Source: Nitrospinota bacterium (GTDB taxonomy: Bacteria > Nitrospinota > Nitrospinia > Nitrospinales > VA-1). From it: a DNA stretch of 64,000 nucleotides. Each line of letters begins with the position of its first letter. Positions within the stretch are counted from its first letter, which is position 1. A program made the translations under genes and the position numbers. A model generated the notes under the pieces. That model was not told where the DNA came from, did no database searches, and saw only the letters and a list, made by a program, of their open reading frames with translations. The stretch is from NCBI GenBank assembly GCA_028345515.1, contig JAOMDP010000001.1, positions 53,318-117,317 on the forward strand, read 5' to 3'. Of the stretch, positions 1 to 9,543 are shown piece after piece.

Positions 1-559
1 AATTAATTCGATTTATTTGGCGTCGCAAGTAAGCGGTGGTCCTAGTTAAATACTAAATCGCTTATGCTACCACAACTAAAAAAACTAGAAAAGGTTTTTT
101 AAATCAAATACTTTTCAGGTCTGAACTTTTTACTGTCCGCGTCAATTGAATTTTACCCACATTCCCTTTATGAAAATTTATTGTCAAACTTCCAGTAAAT
201 AAATTTTTCGCAAGTTCGTTCAAAATATTCAACAAATCCTTCAAGCCTGTTTCCTTTTCAACTTAATCAAAACTAAACATCTTTAAATTTCATCAAACAC
301 ATTCCATACCTAAAGCAAAACCTGTTCCATTTTTATTTTATTCGGCTAAAAACCTTTTTTTATAATGCTTTTAATCATTTAAGGTTTTTTTTTAGTATGC
401 ACATAAGAGCTAAACTGCTCTAACTTTCAGCAATTGTATTTTTTTGTGATGAATTTTAAAGCAAAAGTATTTTATCGAGAGAAAATAGGGAGTTGGTTTT
501 TTAAGGAATAAATTACTTTTTCTATTTTGCTTTAAAGAATTATAGGAAAGTCACCCTAT

Positions 560-1327
560 CTAAAATAATTTATCAAAAAGTTTGTTTTGCTGAGCTTTAT
601 ATTCTTCCTCCTCGATGAGTCCTTTCTCATAAAGGCGCTTTAAGTGTTTGAGTTTTTTTTCTAGTTCCCGGTTCAATTTGGTTTCTGAGTTGCCGCTCTG
701 TAACAAATCCGGTAAGTCTCCATCGGCCCTATCCTTTGTTTGAGAAACAGGAAGGTTTAATTTAGCAACCAACCAGTTCTTATGCAGACGCTTATTTTTA
801 CTAGACTTGTAATAAAGCTGGCCCTTTTGAGGGATCAACTCCCAGGCAAATATCTTAAACATACGGCCATTATTTTTTTGAAAAAACGTTTCTCCGTGAA
901 TAGAGTCAAAACGCCAATTTAGATATTTTTTAAAAGAAAAGATATCACCTGCCGTAGTCCCCGTTTTGCCTTTCAATTCAATATGAATGATCTTATTGGG
1001 GTCCACCCTCGCAAAGGCTTTCACAAGAATAGGAGCTAATTTTCTAATTTCATCGGCAAAAAAGACACTTACCTCCTTATCGCCAAAGGAGGTCTCTTTG
1101 TACCTTAGAGAGACAAGGTGGTTGATAATTTCCCTCTTTGAGATTTGTATCGGGTGATTTAGGTTGAATTTTTTAACATTCAGTTTTTCATTCAGTTGGG
1201 TTCTGAAGCTGACGCGGACCTTGATATTTTTTGTTTCCGCGTTCGCGTTTTCCAACCCTCCTGAAACGGCAAGGATGCAGCAAAGTAAATAAAGTGTTGG
1301 CTTGAAAAATCGATTGATTAAAACCAT
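560..1327 (-). CDS. Secreted protein of unknown function with C-terminal SHOCT-like motif
   Basis: ORF 560..1420 trimmed to the internal ATG at 1327. This gives an N-terminal signal peptide (MVLINRFFKPTLYLLCCILAVSGGLENANA) and removes the overlap with ureG. The C-terminal LKRLYEKGLIEEEEYKAQQNKL resembles a SHOCT domain. Confidence 0.5.
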   Translation of the reverse strand: MVLINRFFKPTLYLLCCILAVSGGLENANAETKNIKVRVSFRTQLNEKLNVKKFNLNHPIQISKREIINHLVSLRYKETSFGDKEVSVFFADEIRKLAPILVKAFARVDPNKIIHIELKGKTGTTAGDIFSFKKYLNWRFDSIHGETFFQKNNGRMFKIFAWELIPQKGQLYYKSSKNKRLHKNWLVAKLNLPVSQTKDRADGDLPDLLQSGNSETKLNRELEKKLKHLKRLYEKGLIEEEEYKAQQNKLFDKLF

Positions 1328-1364
1328 TTTTTTGCTCTGGAGGATATTCCTATTATTATCAAGT

Positions 1365-1979
1365 TTATAACAGCCCCTGTTTAATAATGAAGCTTTCGAT
1401 TTCTTCAATCCCCACACCATTTTTTAGGTCGCTAAATAAAAAAGGTTTTTCATCTCGCATTTTTCGCGCATCCTTTTCCATAACATCCAAAGAAGCGCCC
1501 ACATGCGGGGCCAAATCAATCTTATTGATCACCAACAGATCGGACTTGGTTATACCAGGACCTCCTTTGCGGGGGATCTTGTCGCCGGCGGCTACATCGA
1601 TCACATATATCGTCAGATCGGAGAGCTCCGGGCTAAAGGTAGCCGCAAGATTATCGCCTCCGCTCTCTACAATGACCATATCCAAGTCGGGGAAAGTTCT
1701 GTTTAAATCATCAATTGCTGATAAGTTCATGGAGGCATCTTCTCGAATGGCAGTATGCGGGCAGCCACCGGTTTCGACACCACGTATCCTTTCTTCTGCC
1801 AGAGCTTCGTTTCGGATCAAAAATTGTGCGTCCTCTTTTGTATAAATATCGTTGGTCACAACGGCAATTTGATAAGCGGTCCTCATTTTTTTGCACAAGG
1901 CATTAATCAAGGCTGTCTTGCCAGAGCCCACCGGCCCCCCAATTCCCATTCGCAATACTTGCTTATTTGTATTTTTCAT
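1365..1979 (-). CDS. ureG: Urease accessory GTPase UreG
   Basis: P-loop GGPVGSGKT. The CPH motif ([11 protein letters not shown]) and NKIDL motif are typical of the UreG/HypB family. Last gene of the ure operon. Confidence 0.95.
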   Translation of the reverse strand: MKNTNKQVLRMGIGGPVGSGKTALINALCKKMRTAYQIAVVTNDIYTKEDAQFLIRNEALAEERIRGVETGGCPHTAIREDASMNLSAIDDLNRTFPDLDMVIVESGGDNLAATFSPELSDLTIYVIDVAAGDKIPRKGGPGITKSDLLVINKIDLAPHVGASLDVMEKDARKMRDEKPFLFSDLKNGVGIEEIESFIIKQGLL

Positions 1980-1982
1980 ATT

Positions 1983-2663
1983 TCAAGATCTAAACAATCG
2001 AGTGTATTGAGTTTCATGTAAAGCGCTGGCAATTCCTTGGCCTGGAGTTGTATAACCAATTTCTTCATCTTTTAAAGATAAACCTATTAACACCTGATCC
2101 GGAATCACTTCAATTACAGAGGACAATAATTTTTGGCCGTCGGTTTGCCCTAATGGAATCAATTTAATTGCTGCCAATACCTGGTTTTCGGCCCACATCC
2201 ATAAATAGCCTAAGGAAGCTTCTTTGAGTTGAATCTTCCAATGCCACGCCCCTAAAGCAAAAACAGATAGAAAACATGCCCTTGGGTTTTCTTTCCACTC
2301 GATAGCCTCTGAAATTCCCAAATCACCCAACAAACGGGCTAAGGCATGAGCCAAGTGTTTGTCTTCTTCCCGTAGCTCTTTGGAATCGCGGCATGCGTAT
2401 AAATAATCATTCCAATAAAGAATGCTTTTATTATCATTGGCCGACCAGGCTTTATATAAACGAGATAACAAGGGTACATCCAGATAGGTTAGAGAATTTT
2501 CCAAGAGCCCTTGAATCCACATTTTGGTTGTATCGTTATCTTTTACCCAACCTTTGGAAACCGCGAACTCCAATCCTTGCGAATATGCGAAAGCTCCTGT
2601 AGGAAGCATTGGGCTGCACAATTGCATTAAACGCAAAGTTTCCTCGGGCCGGTCTAAATTCAT
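1983..2663 (-). CDS. ureF: Urease accessory protein UreF
   Basis: LRLMQLCSPMLPTGAFAYSQGLE motif typical of UreF. Start moved to the ATG at 2663, 1 nt after the ureE stop; the longer ORF would overlap ureE. Confidence 0.85.
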   Translation of the reverse strand: MNLDRPEETLRLMQLCSPMLPTGAFAYSQGLEFAVSKGWVKDNDTTKMWIQGLLENSLTYLDVPLLSRLYKAWSANDNKSILYWNDYLYACRDSKELREEDKHLAHALARLLGDLGISEAIEWKENPRACFLSVFALGAWHWKIQLKEASLGYLWMWAENQVLAAIKLIPLGQTDGQKLLSSVIEVIPDQVLIGLSLKDEEIGYTTPGQGIASALHETQYTRLFRS

Positions 2664-2664
2664 T

Positions 2665-3129
2665 TTAGACTTCTGTTTTATGGGAGTGAGAATGCGAGTG
2701 ACTGGAATTCCCGCTATAAGCCCCGCTCTCTGGCTCAAATGGAGCAAGTTCATGTCTCACCAAAAGCCCAAGCGATTGGACCATCTCTTCTAATACATGG
2801 TCCCTTTGTATACGAAGCCACCCTTCTCCTATTTGAAGGGGAACATGTCGATTACCCAAGTGATAGCAGGCCCTAGCCAAAAGAAAAGTATCTTCTGTGG
2901 AAATAACGGCAACTTCTTCATCAGCAGCTCGAACCTCGACAATCAAACCATTATCCGCTCGCAATAATTCTCCATCGCGCAGGACACTTCCACGCTCCAG
3001 CATTAATGCAGCTTCCTGATTGTTATCTAGCGAAACCCGTAATCGACTCTTTTGTCTTTTTTCAAACGGCAAGGTCAGGCTTGCGGAAGATGTTAAAGAA
3101 GTATCCAGTTTCTCGGTGATTTTTAACAT
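2665..3129 (-). CDS. ureE: Urease accessory metallochaperone UreE
   Basis: Position between ureC and ureF. GNRH motif (YHLGNRHVPLQI). C-terminal His-Ser tail SHSHSHSHSH, plausibly Ni-binding. Confidence 0.85.
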   Translation of the reverse strand: MLKITEKLDTSLTSSASLTLPFEKRQKSRLRVSLDNNQEAALMLERGSVLRDGELLRADNGLIVEVRAADEEVAVISTEDTFLLARACYHLGNRHVPLQIGEGWLRIQRDHVLEEMVQSLGLLVRHELAPFEPESGAYSGNSSHSHSHSHKTEV

Positions 3130-3147
3130 TTAATAATAAGTTAATAA

Positions 3148-4851
3148 TTAAAAAAGAAAATACCGTTGCGCGAGAGGTAATTCTTTTGCTGGCTCGCACG
3201 TCAAAAGATCACCATCCGCTCGGACTTCATAAGTCTGTGAGTCCACTTCTATTTTTGGAAGATAGCTATTATGAATAAGCTTATTTTTGGTGACAGAACG
3301 AGTATCTTGAACCGAAACCAACCGTTTATTCAACCGTAGCTTCTCGCTCATACCATTTTCATTAGCGGCCTTGGATACAAAACTTACACAGGTTTCACTT
3401 CGGGCCCCTCCGAAAGCTCCAAACATGGGACGGTAGTGGACGGGTTGTGGCGTTGGAATCGAAGCATTCGGATCTCCCATAGGAGCAGCTGCGATCATTC
3501 CGCCTTTAATGATCATAGACGGCTTCGCTCCAAAAAACGCGGGTTTCCATAAGACAATATCTGCAAGTTTTCCATTTTCTATAGATCCGACTTCATGACT
3601 GATTCCGTGAGTGATGGCGGGGTTGATGGTGTACTTAGCCACATAGCGTCTTGCACGAAAATTGTCATGATGGGAAGGATCCGGACTTAGGGGTCCACGT
3701 TGCACTTTCATTTTATGAGCGGTTTGCCAAGTTCGACAAATAACCTCTCCAATTCTACCCATGGCCTGCGAATCAGAAGCAATCATGCTAAATGCTCCCA
3801 AGTCATGAAGAATATCTTCAGCAGCAATGGTTTCCCGCCTTATGCGCGACTCTGCAAAAGCAACATCCTCAGGAATTTTTGGATCCAAGTGGTGACAAAC
3901 CATGAGCATGTCCAGATGCTCATCAATCGTATTAACCGTATAAGGCCGGGTCGGGTTTGTCGATGAGGGCAGCACATTTGCGGCGCCACAGGCTTTAATA
4001 ATATCCGGGGCATGTCCGCCACCAGCGCCCTCTGTATGATAAGTATGAATAGCTCGGTTTTTAAATGCCGCCAATGTGTCTTCAACAAAACCTGATTCAT
4101 TTAAGGTATCGGTATGAATAGCTACTTGCACATCAAAATTCTCGGCCACCGTTAAACAGTTGTCGATCGCTTGAGGGGTCGTTCCCCAGTCTTCATGCAA
4201 CTTCAATCCCATAGCCCCTGCAATAACCTGTTCTTCAAGAGCGGCAGGAAGACTGGCATTTCCTTTTCCGAGGAAACCAAAATTCATCGGTAATTCTTCC
4301 ACCGCCTGATACATGCGCTCAATGTTCCAAGGTCCCGGTGTACAGGTTGTTGCATTTGTACCCGCAGCGGGTCCGGTGCCGCCTCCCAGCATGGTAGTGA
4401 TTCCAGACATAAGTGCTTCTTCAACTTGTTGTGGACAAATAAAATGGATATGTGCATCCAATGCCCCTGCAGTAGCGATTAATCCTTCGCCAGCAATCGC
4501 TTCCGTTCCGGGACCGATAATGATGTCAATGTCAGGTTGGATGTCAGGGTTTCCGGCTTTTCCAATACCAACGATGCGACCCGATTTAATTCCAATATCC
4601 GCCTTTACAATTCCCCAATGGTCAAGGATCAAAGCGTTCGTTATGACAACATCCACGGATTCTTTCGAGGTTCTTTGGCTTTGTCCCATTCCGTCACGAA
4701 TAACCTTACCGCCGCCAAACTTAACTTCCTCTCCGTAGGAAGTTTTATCCTCTTCTACTTCAATCCAAAGTTCGGTATCGCCCAGGCGGACACGGTCGCC
4801 GGTTGTGGGACCATACATATCTGCATACGCTCGTCTGCTTATTTCACTCAT
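3148..4851 (-). CDS. ureC: Urease alpha subunit
   Basis: 567 aa. Canonical motifs [18 protein letters not shown] and KLHEDWG (carbamylated Lys region). Confidence 0.97.
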   Translation of the reverse strand: MSEISRRAYADMYGPTTGDRVRLGDTELWIEVEEDKTSYGEEVKFGGGKVIRDGMGQSQRTSKESVDVVITNALILDHWGIVKADIGIKSGRIVGIGKAGNPDIQPDIDIIIGPGTEAIAGEGLIATAGALDAHIHFICPQQVEEALMSGITTMLGGGTGPAAGTNATTCTPGPWNIERMYQAVEELPMNFGFLGKGNASLPAALEEQVIAGAMGLKLHEDWGTTPQAIDNCLTVAENFDVQVAIHTDTLNESGFVEDTLAAFKNRAIHTYHTEGAGGGHAPDIIKACGAANVLPSSTNPTRPYTVNTIDEHLDMLMVCHHLDPKIPEDVAFAESRIRRETIAAEDILHDLGAFSMIASDSQAMGRIGEVICRTWQTAHKMKVQRGPLSPDPSHHDNFRARRYVAKYTINPAITHGISHEVGSIENGKLADIVLWKPAFFGAKPSMIIKGGMIAAAPMGDPNASIPTPQPVHYRPMFGAFGGARSETCVSFVSKAANENGMSEKLRLNKRLVSVQDTRSVTKNKLIHNSYLPKIEVDSQTYEVRADGDLLTCEPAKELPLAQRYFLF

Positions 4852-4853
4852 TA

Positions 4854-5165
4854 TTATTTCTCCAATTTCCCCATTATTTTCCCATTGAATCCATACACCT
4901 GCCGCGAACCTAAATAGGCCACCAACTCGACTTCACGATTTTGTCCTGGTTCAAATCTGATTGCTGTCCCTGCTGCTATGTTTAGGCGAAAACCTTTTGT
5001 GTTTTCACGATCGAATTGCAATGCGTTATTAGTTTCAAAAAAATGATAATGCGATCCGACTTGGATAGGTCTGTCACCCGAATTGGAAACACTTATTTTT
5101 TTAGTTTCCCCGTTTTTATTAAGGGTTATGTTTCCATCTTTTACTTTTATTTCTCCGGGAATCAT
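4854..5165 (-). CDS. ureB: Urease beta subunit
   Basis: MIPGEI... start typical of UreB; [15 protein letters not shown] motif. Start trimmed to the ATG at 5165, preceded by a GGAG Shine-Dalgarno sequence. Confidence 0.9.
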   Translation of the reverse strand: MIPGEIKVKDGNITLNKNGETKKISVSNSGDRPIQVGSHYHFFETNNALQFDRENTKGFRLNIAAGTAIRFEPGQNREVELVAYLGSRQVYGFNGKIMGKLEK

Positions 5166-5178
5166 TTTCGTTCTCCGT

Positions 5179-5481
5179 TTATGGAATAGGGTTATGAACA
5201 GTAACCAACTTAGTGCCATCAGGGAAAGTGGCCTCTACCTGAACTTCATGTATCATTTCAGGAATACCCTCCATAACATTTTCACGTTTAAGCAGAGTAG
5301 TTCCATAGCTCATTAATTCAGCGACACTTTTCCCGTCTCGAGCAGCCTCTAGAATGGCAGCTGAAATATAGGCAATGGCCTCCGGGTAATTGAGCTTCAA
5401 TCCGCGATTCAGCCTTCTCTCAGCTAAAAGCCCCGCGGTAAATATCATCAACTTGTCTTTTTCTCTAGGAGAAAGCTCCAT
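5179..5481 (-). CDS. ureA: Urease gamma subunit
   Basis: 100 aa. The [23 protein letters not shown] start is canonical for UreA. Confidence 0.92.
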   Translation of the reverse strand: MELSPREKDKLMIFTAGLLAERRLNRGLKLNYPEAIAYISAAILEAARDGKSVAELMSYGTTLLKRENVMEGIPEMIHEVQVEATFPDGTKLVTVHNPIP

Positions 5482-5542
5482 ATTTACCTCTCTTCACATA
5501 TAGTCGTCTGTATTCGAATTTTAAAGTCAATCAATCCTTATA

Positions 5543-6397
5543 TCAAGTTTTCCAAACTCGTGGTTCTACGGCTTCAAGTTGGATAACTTCGCGACGGAAT
5601 ATTTTCCAAACATCAATAAAGTAGTTCCGGGCTTTCTCAACACTATTCCCTAAAAAATAACAAAGAATAATATCATCCACCTGGGTTACAGAAAAAAATT
5701 CCTGCTCAGCGGAAGCATTTGCTAAGTTTCTCATAGAATCCAAAAGCCCTTTTTTATCAGTGACACAAATCATATTTCCAACAACGGGAAAGCCATGTAA
5801 ACCCCATTTAGCATGGAAAGATAAATCTCCTCCTTTTAACCATAGGCGTTCAATCTGTAAAGGCCTGCCCTCACGCCAAATTTCAAAGCGCTGATCCAGC
5901 TCACCCTTACGGAAGTTTTCATCAGAAGCAGGTCGACCCAAACATGAGATTTCCCATCCGACAAAATTACTATCCGAGGACAATTCAATTTTAGTTTTAA
6001 TAGAAGCTTTAGCACCAGAAAATATTATATTTTCAGAAGGAAACCATTCTAAAGTTCCCTTTGATGCAACTGTTGCCACCTGCGCTTGTTTCGCCATAGG
6101 GCCAGCGCTACGATAAAACTTTCCCGCGGCAGGAGTTGTGATCAAAACGTGCGCATTTGATTTTATATCCACACAAATATTTAAATGATCTCCCCCAACC
6201 ACTCCACCCGGTGGATGCAAAATGTATAGATGGCAGGTTCCGTTAATTTCTGGGTAAAAGGGTTTCTGTACATACAAGGGGCCAAAGTGCTTTCTTTGGC
6301 TGAGTATCGTTCTATTGTTAGACTCGGAAAACTCCAAGTTAAGTTGAGCTTTCCATTCTGTATTTGATTCTTTTTCTTTTAATTTAGCCGTAGGCAT
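5543..6397 (-). CDS. ureD: Urease accessory protein UreD
   Basis: HPPGGVVGGD motif. First gene of the ureDABCEFG arrangement. Confidence 0.85.
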   Translation of the reverse strand: MPTAKLKEKESNTEWKAQLNLEFSESNNRTILSQRKHFGPLYVQKPFYPEINGTCHLYILHPPGGVVGGDHLNICVDIKSNAHVLITTPAAGKFYRSAGPMAKQAQVATVASKGTLEWFPSENIIFSGAKASIKTKIELSSDSNFVGWEISCLGRPASDENFRKGELDQRFEIWREGRPLQIERLWLKGGDLSFHAKWGLHGFPVVGNMICVTDKKGLLDSMRNLANASAEQEFFSVTQVDDIILCYFLGNSVEKARNYFIDVWKIFRREVIQLEAVEPRVWKT

Positions 6398-6433
6398 AAA
6401 CCAAATGGCGGCGAAAACACCTTTTATTTTATA

Positions 6434-6508
<75 letters not shown>

Positions 6509-6622
6509 AATGAGTTGTCTGTATATTGAAAAAACGCACTTTAACTGGATTCAATGAGGAAAATCAATGCAAATCTGTTCTCCTCTTTTTTAATCTTCCT
6601 CTTAGTATTAATTTATTTCTAG

Positions 6623-7267
6623 TTACCAATTTTCCATTCGGTAGGCAGAGTCCCAAAAAATCCATTCCAGTCGAGTCGACGTTATAAAAGCTTCTTGCAT
6701 TTTTTCTAGCTGTTTATCATTTACATCCTCGGCTACACGGTCTGTAAGGTCGATTGCCTTTCGTACCACTTCCTTAAACTCTTCACCTGAATACATATCA
6801 ATCCATTTCTGGTAGGGATTATTTTCGGCTGAGTTTCTGTGAATATGAAGTCCGACTTCCTGATAAATCCAAAAACAAGGTAACAAAGCTGCCAAGGACT
6901 CTTCGTAACTCCCATGGGTGGCACTTGATATAAGAAAGTTGGTATATGTAAAACATCCTGGTGCTTTTTTTACATCGAGCTTAATTCCATAAAAATCAAA
7001 ATAAAATTCATGCAAATCACGTTCTGCAAGGATGGCTCCTTTAGAAAAATCAATTAACAAAACAAGATCTTCGGGATTGGTGGCGCGCGAGGCGGTCATA
7101 GCCAAAGCACGTGCAAAATCGACGAGGTAAAGAGAATCCTGCTTCATATAGAACTGAAATTTCTCTGTTTCAAGAGTGCCCTCAGCTAACTCCTTGTTAA
7201 AGCGATGTTCTAAAATAGATTTGTATGTATACTCAATCGCGCTCCAAGCGGTTTTAGAAAATGACAT
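6623..7267 (-). CDS. tenA: Aminopyrimidine aminohydrolase / thiaminase II (TenA family)
   Basis: TenA-like motifs (FYMKQDSLYLVDFARAL, LLPCFWIYQEVG). Start placed at the ATG at 7267, preceded by AGGAGG; the longer ORF overlaps thiD. Confidence 0.8.
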   Translation of the reverse strand: MSFSKTAWSAIEYTYKSILEHRFNKELAEGTLETEKFQFYMKQDSLYLVDFARALAMTASRATNPEDLVLLIDFSKGAILAERDLHEFYFDFYGIKLDVKKAPGCFTYTNFLISSATHGSYEESLAALLPCFWIYQEVGLHIHRNSAENNPYQKWIDMYSGEEFKEVVRKAIDLTDRVAEDVNDKQLEKMQEAFITSTRLEWIFWDSAYRMENW

Positions 7268-7278
7268 ACTACCTCCTA

Positions 7279-8097
7279 TTATTTTTCCCAAGTATTGAAA
7301 AAATGTAGGACAGGCCCTTGGCCCTTACCCAATTTTTTATCTGCACCCGCTTTCAAAGATTGCGTAAGATAAAGTTTTGCCTCTCTAACGGCATCTTCCA
7401 ACTTATAAGATCGAGCAAGATAAGCCGCAATGGCAGAAGAAAATGTGCAACCGGTTCCATGAATATTGTTTGTTGAGATTCTTTCCTGCTTAAGCCAGAG
7501 TAATTGTCCACCTTTTACAAATAAACAATCATCGCTAAAATCATTCGATAAACCTCCCCCTTTAATAACCACTGCTGCAGGCCCGGAATCGCATAAATCG
7601 ATCGCAGCCTGCTGCATCGATTCTGAATTCTTAATGGAGTAACCTAAAAATGCCTGGGCTTCTGGAATATTCGGTGTAACAACGGTTGCCAATGGAAACA
7701 GCTCCTTTTGAATTGCCTTAACAGCCTCTTCCTGTAATAAACGATCACCACTTTTTGCGAACATGACGGGATCGAGAACAACAGGGCACCCATTAACTTT
7801 ATATAAACATTTTGCAATTACTTTAATAATAGGAATATTGAACAACATTCCAATTTTGATTGCATCAACACCTATATCTTCAAGGATTAAATTAAATTGC
7901 TCCTCAACGAATTCCGGCTTTACTTCCTGAATACTGCGCACCCCTTGGGTATTCTGAGCAGTTAATGCAGTGATGACCGACATGCCATAACATTCAAGCG
8001 CAGAAAAGGTTTTAAGGTCTGCCTGAATTCCTGCACCACCACTGTTATCCGACCCGGCTATCGTTAAAACACGAAAATATTCTTTTTTACCTTTCAT
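7279..8097 (-). CDS. thiD: Hydroxymethylpyrimidine/phosphomethylpyrimidine kinase
   Basis: VLTIAGSDNSGGAGIQADLKTF and GTGCTFSSAIAA motifs. The first ATG is at 8097; the track start at 8106 is a TTG. Confidence 0.9.
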   Translation of the reverse strand: MKGKKEYFRVLTIAGSDNSGGAGIQADLKTFSALECYGMSVITALTAQNTQGVRSIQEVKPEFVEEQFNLILEDIGVDAIKIGMLFNIPIIKVIAKCLYKVNGCPVVLDPVMFAKSGDRLLQEEAVKAIQKELFPLATVVTPNIPEAQAFLGYSIKNSESMQQAAIDLCDSGPAAVVIKGGGLSNDFSDDCLFVKGGQLLWLKQERISTNNIHGTGCTFSSAIAAYLARSYKLEDAVREAKLYLTQSLKAGADKKLGKGQGPVLHFFNTWEK

Positions 8098-8113
8098 ATA
8101 TATCAAAACTAAT

Positions 8114-9388
8114 TTAAAGATTTCTTAGAAGTTTAATTCGCCGCATTAAAGAGGAACACCAATTTTCATCTGTAATATTAAGTGTATCTTCTGCCTGATC
8201 TAGATGTGATTTAACCAATTCCTTCTTACCCAATTTTTCATATGATTCTGCCAAATCAATCAGGATTTGAACCTCTTCTTTTCTGTTTTCAAGATATTTT
8301 GCCGCATCTAAAGCTGGAAGAAGATATTCTGTGGTTTTCTCCCATTGCTCCAATTTATAATGGTTGAGTCCAATGCCAACCAGTAGTTCTAACTGTTTGT
8401 CATGATCTTCCAATTCGCGGTAATTTTCTAGTGCCTTTAAATAGCAATCAATGGCTTCTGGAATCTTTTCTTTTTTGACAAATACATGTCCTAGACCGTT
8501 ATAGGAACTACCAACAAATACGCTTAACCCCTTTAGCTCTGCTAAAGTAAGCTGTTCTTCGTAATAACTTTTGGCCCGATCGATGTTTCCAGAGACCGCA
8601 TAGGCATCACCCAGGTTTGCCAAGAGACTGCATATCTCATTAAAATCTCCTAACTCCTGAGAAATAATCAGTTGTTCCTGAAAAAATTGGACTGCTTTTT
8701 GTGTTTGACCCAATCTGGAGTAGGCGAGTGCCAAAGCCGATAACGCATTTTTTTCCGCCTTCCTATCACCGATTCCGCGAGCTTTTTGCAAAAAAATCAT
8801 TTCTGCTTCAATCATTTTTTGCAACTGCAAAAAATCAGACGACTTCAAGTTTACCTTTATAGGTTTTCGACCATCAAATTCTGCGAGTCGTTGATAATTT
8901 ACTTCAACCGATTCAGATAACTTTTCTTTAACTTCTTTTATAAAACTAAGTTCTTCTTCTAAATACTCAAGAAGAACCTCCAAATCTTCAGACCAGAAAA
9001 CCTCTCGCAAATGATAGGGTTTGCAATCAAGCAACTTCTTTAGCGCACCAGGGATATTACCTTTCTCTGGTAATCTTGCATCATCTATTAAAACAGGGAC
9101 AATTAAAATATCTTTGTTAATTGCCGATATAATCTCCAGACGAATTCTTTCATTATCTATAAGGTTATAAGGGGAAATGTCTTCGGTTTCTTCTGTAATT
9201 ATTTTTGTAATTACTACAATCAAAACATCACAGGCTTCTATTTCTGATCGTATTTTATGTGTTGAAATTATTCCATTATTCTTGGACAAGAAACATCCAG
9301 AGCCTAAATTTGATTCGCACTGAGAAGCTATTCTCAGGGAAAAAGGTTCCGCCTCAGAAGAACTGGAACTTAAATAAATAAGCGACAT
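8114..9388 (-). CDS. TIR-like N-terminal domain, coiled-coil linker, C-terminal TPR array; function unknown
   Basis: The N-terminal ~140 aa follow the bacterial TIR pattern: a beta-strand start (LIYLSS), ACDVLIVVIT, NERIRLEIISAI and ILIVPVLIDDARLP. The C-terminal half holds multiple TPR_12-like repeats (LGDAYAVSGNIDRAKSYYEEQL and similar). No NTPase domain is present. Confidence 0.55.
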   Translation of the reverse strand: MSLIYLSSSSSEAEPFSLRIASQCESNLGSGCFLSKNNGIISTHKIRSEIEACDVLIVVITKIITEETEDISPYNLIDNERIRLEIISAINKDILIVPVLIDDARLPEKGNIPGALKKLLDCKPYHLREVFWSEDLEVLLEYLEEELSFIKEVKEKLSESVEVNYQRLAEFDGRKPIKVNLKSSDFLQLQKMIEAEMIFLQKARGIGDRKAEKNALSALALAYSRLGQTQKAVQFFQEQLIISQELGDFNEICSLLANLGDAYAVSGNIDRAKSYYEEQLTLAELKGLSVFVGSSYNGLGHVFVKKEKIPEAIDCYLKALENYRELEDHDKQLELLVGIGLNHYKLEQWEKTTEYLLPALDAAKYLENRKEEVQILIDLAESYEKLGKKELVKSHLDQAEDTLNITDENWCSSLMRRIKLLRNL

Positions 9389-9543
9389 CTTCTACGCTCC
9401 AATTGCTTTAGTAAATTTATGAAATTTATCAGAAGATCTATTATAACCTTTTCGTTCAAAAGGCAGAAGATTCAATATTAAGATTAAGTAAAATTTCAAT
9501 TATGCTAAACTTTTAGTATCCAAAATTAAGTTGAAGGTAAGTT

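Noticed and set aside
1-559. 560-bp non-coding left edge examined for RNA genes, DnaA boxes or terminators
   Set aside because: I found only A/T-rich imperfect hairpins. There was no conserved RNA motif or DnaA-box cluster that I could recognise.
2665-2720. UreE (His-Ser)5 tail as a slippage-prone microsatellite
   Set aside because: The codons are mixed (AGT CAC TCG CAT TCT CAC TCC CAT), so there is no nucleotide-level tandem repeat.
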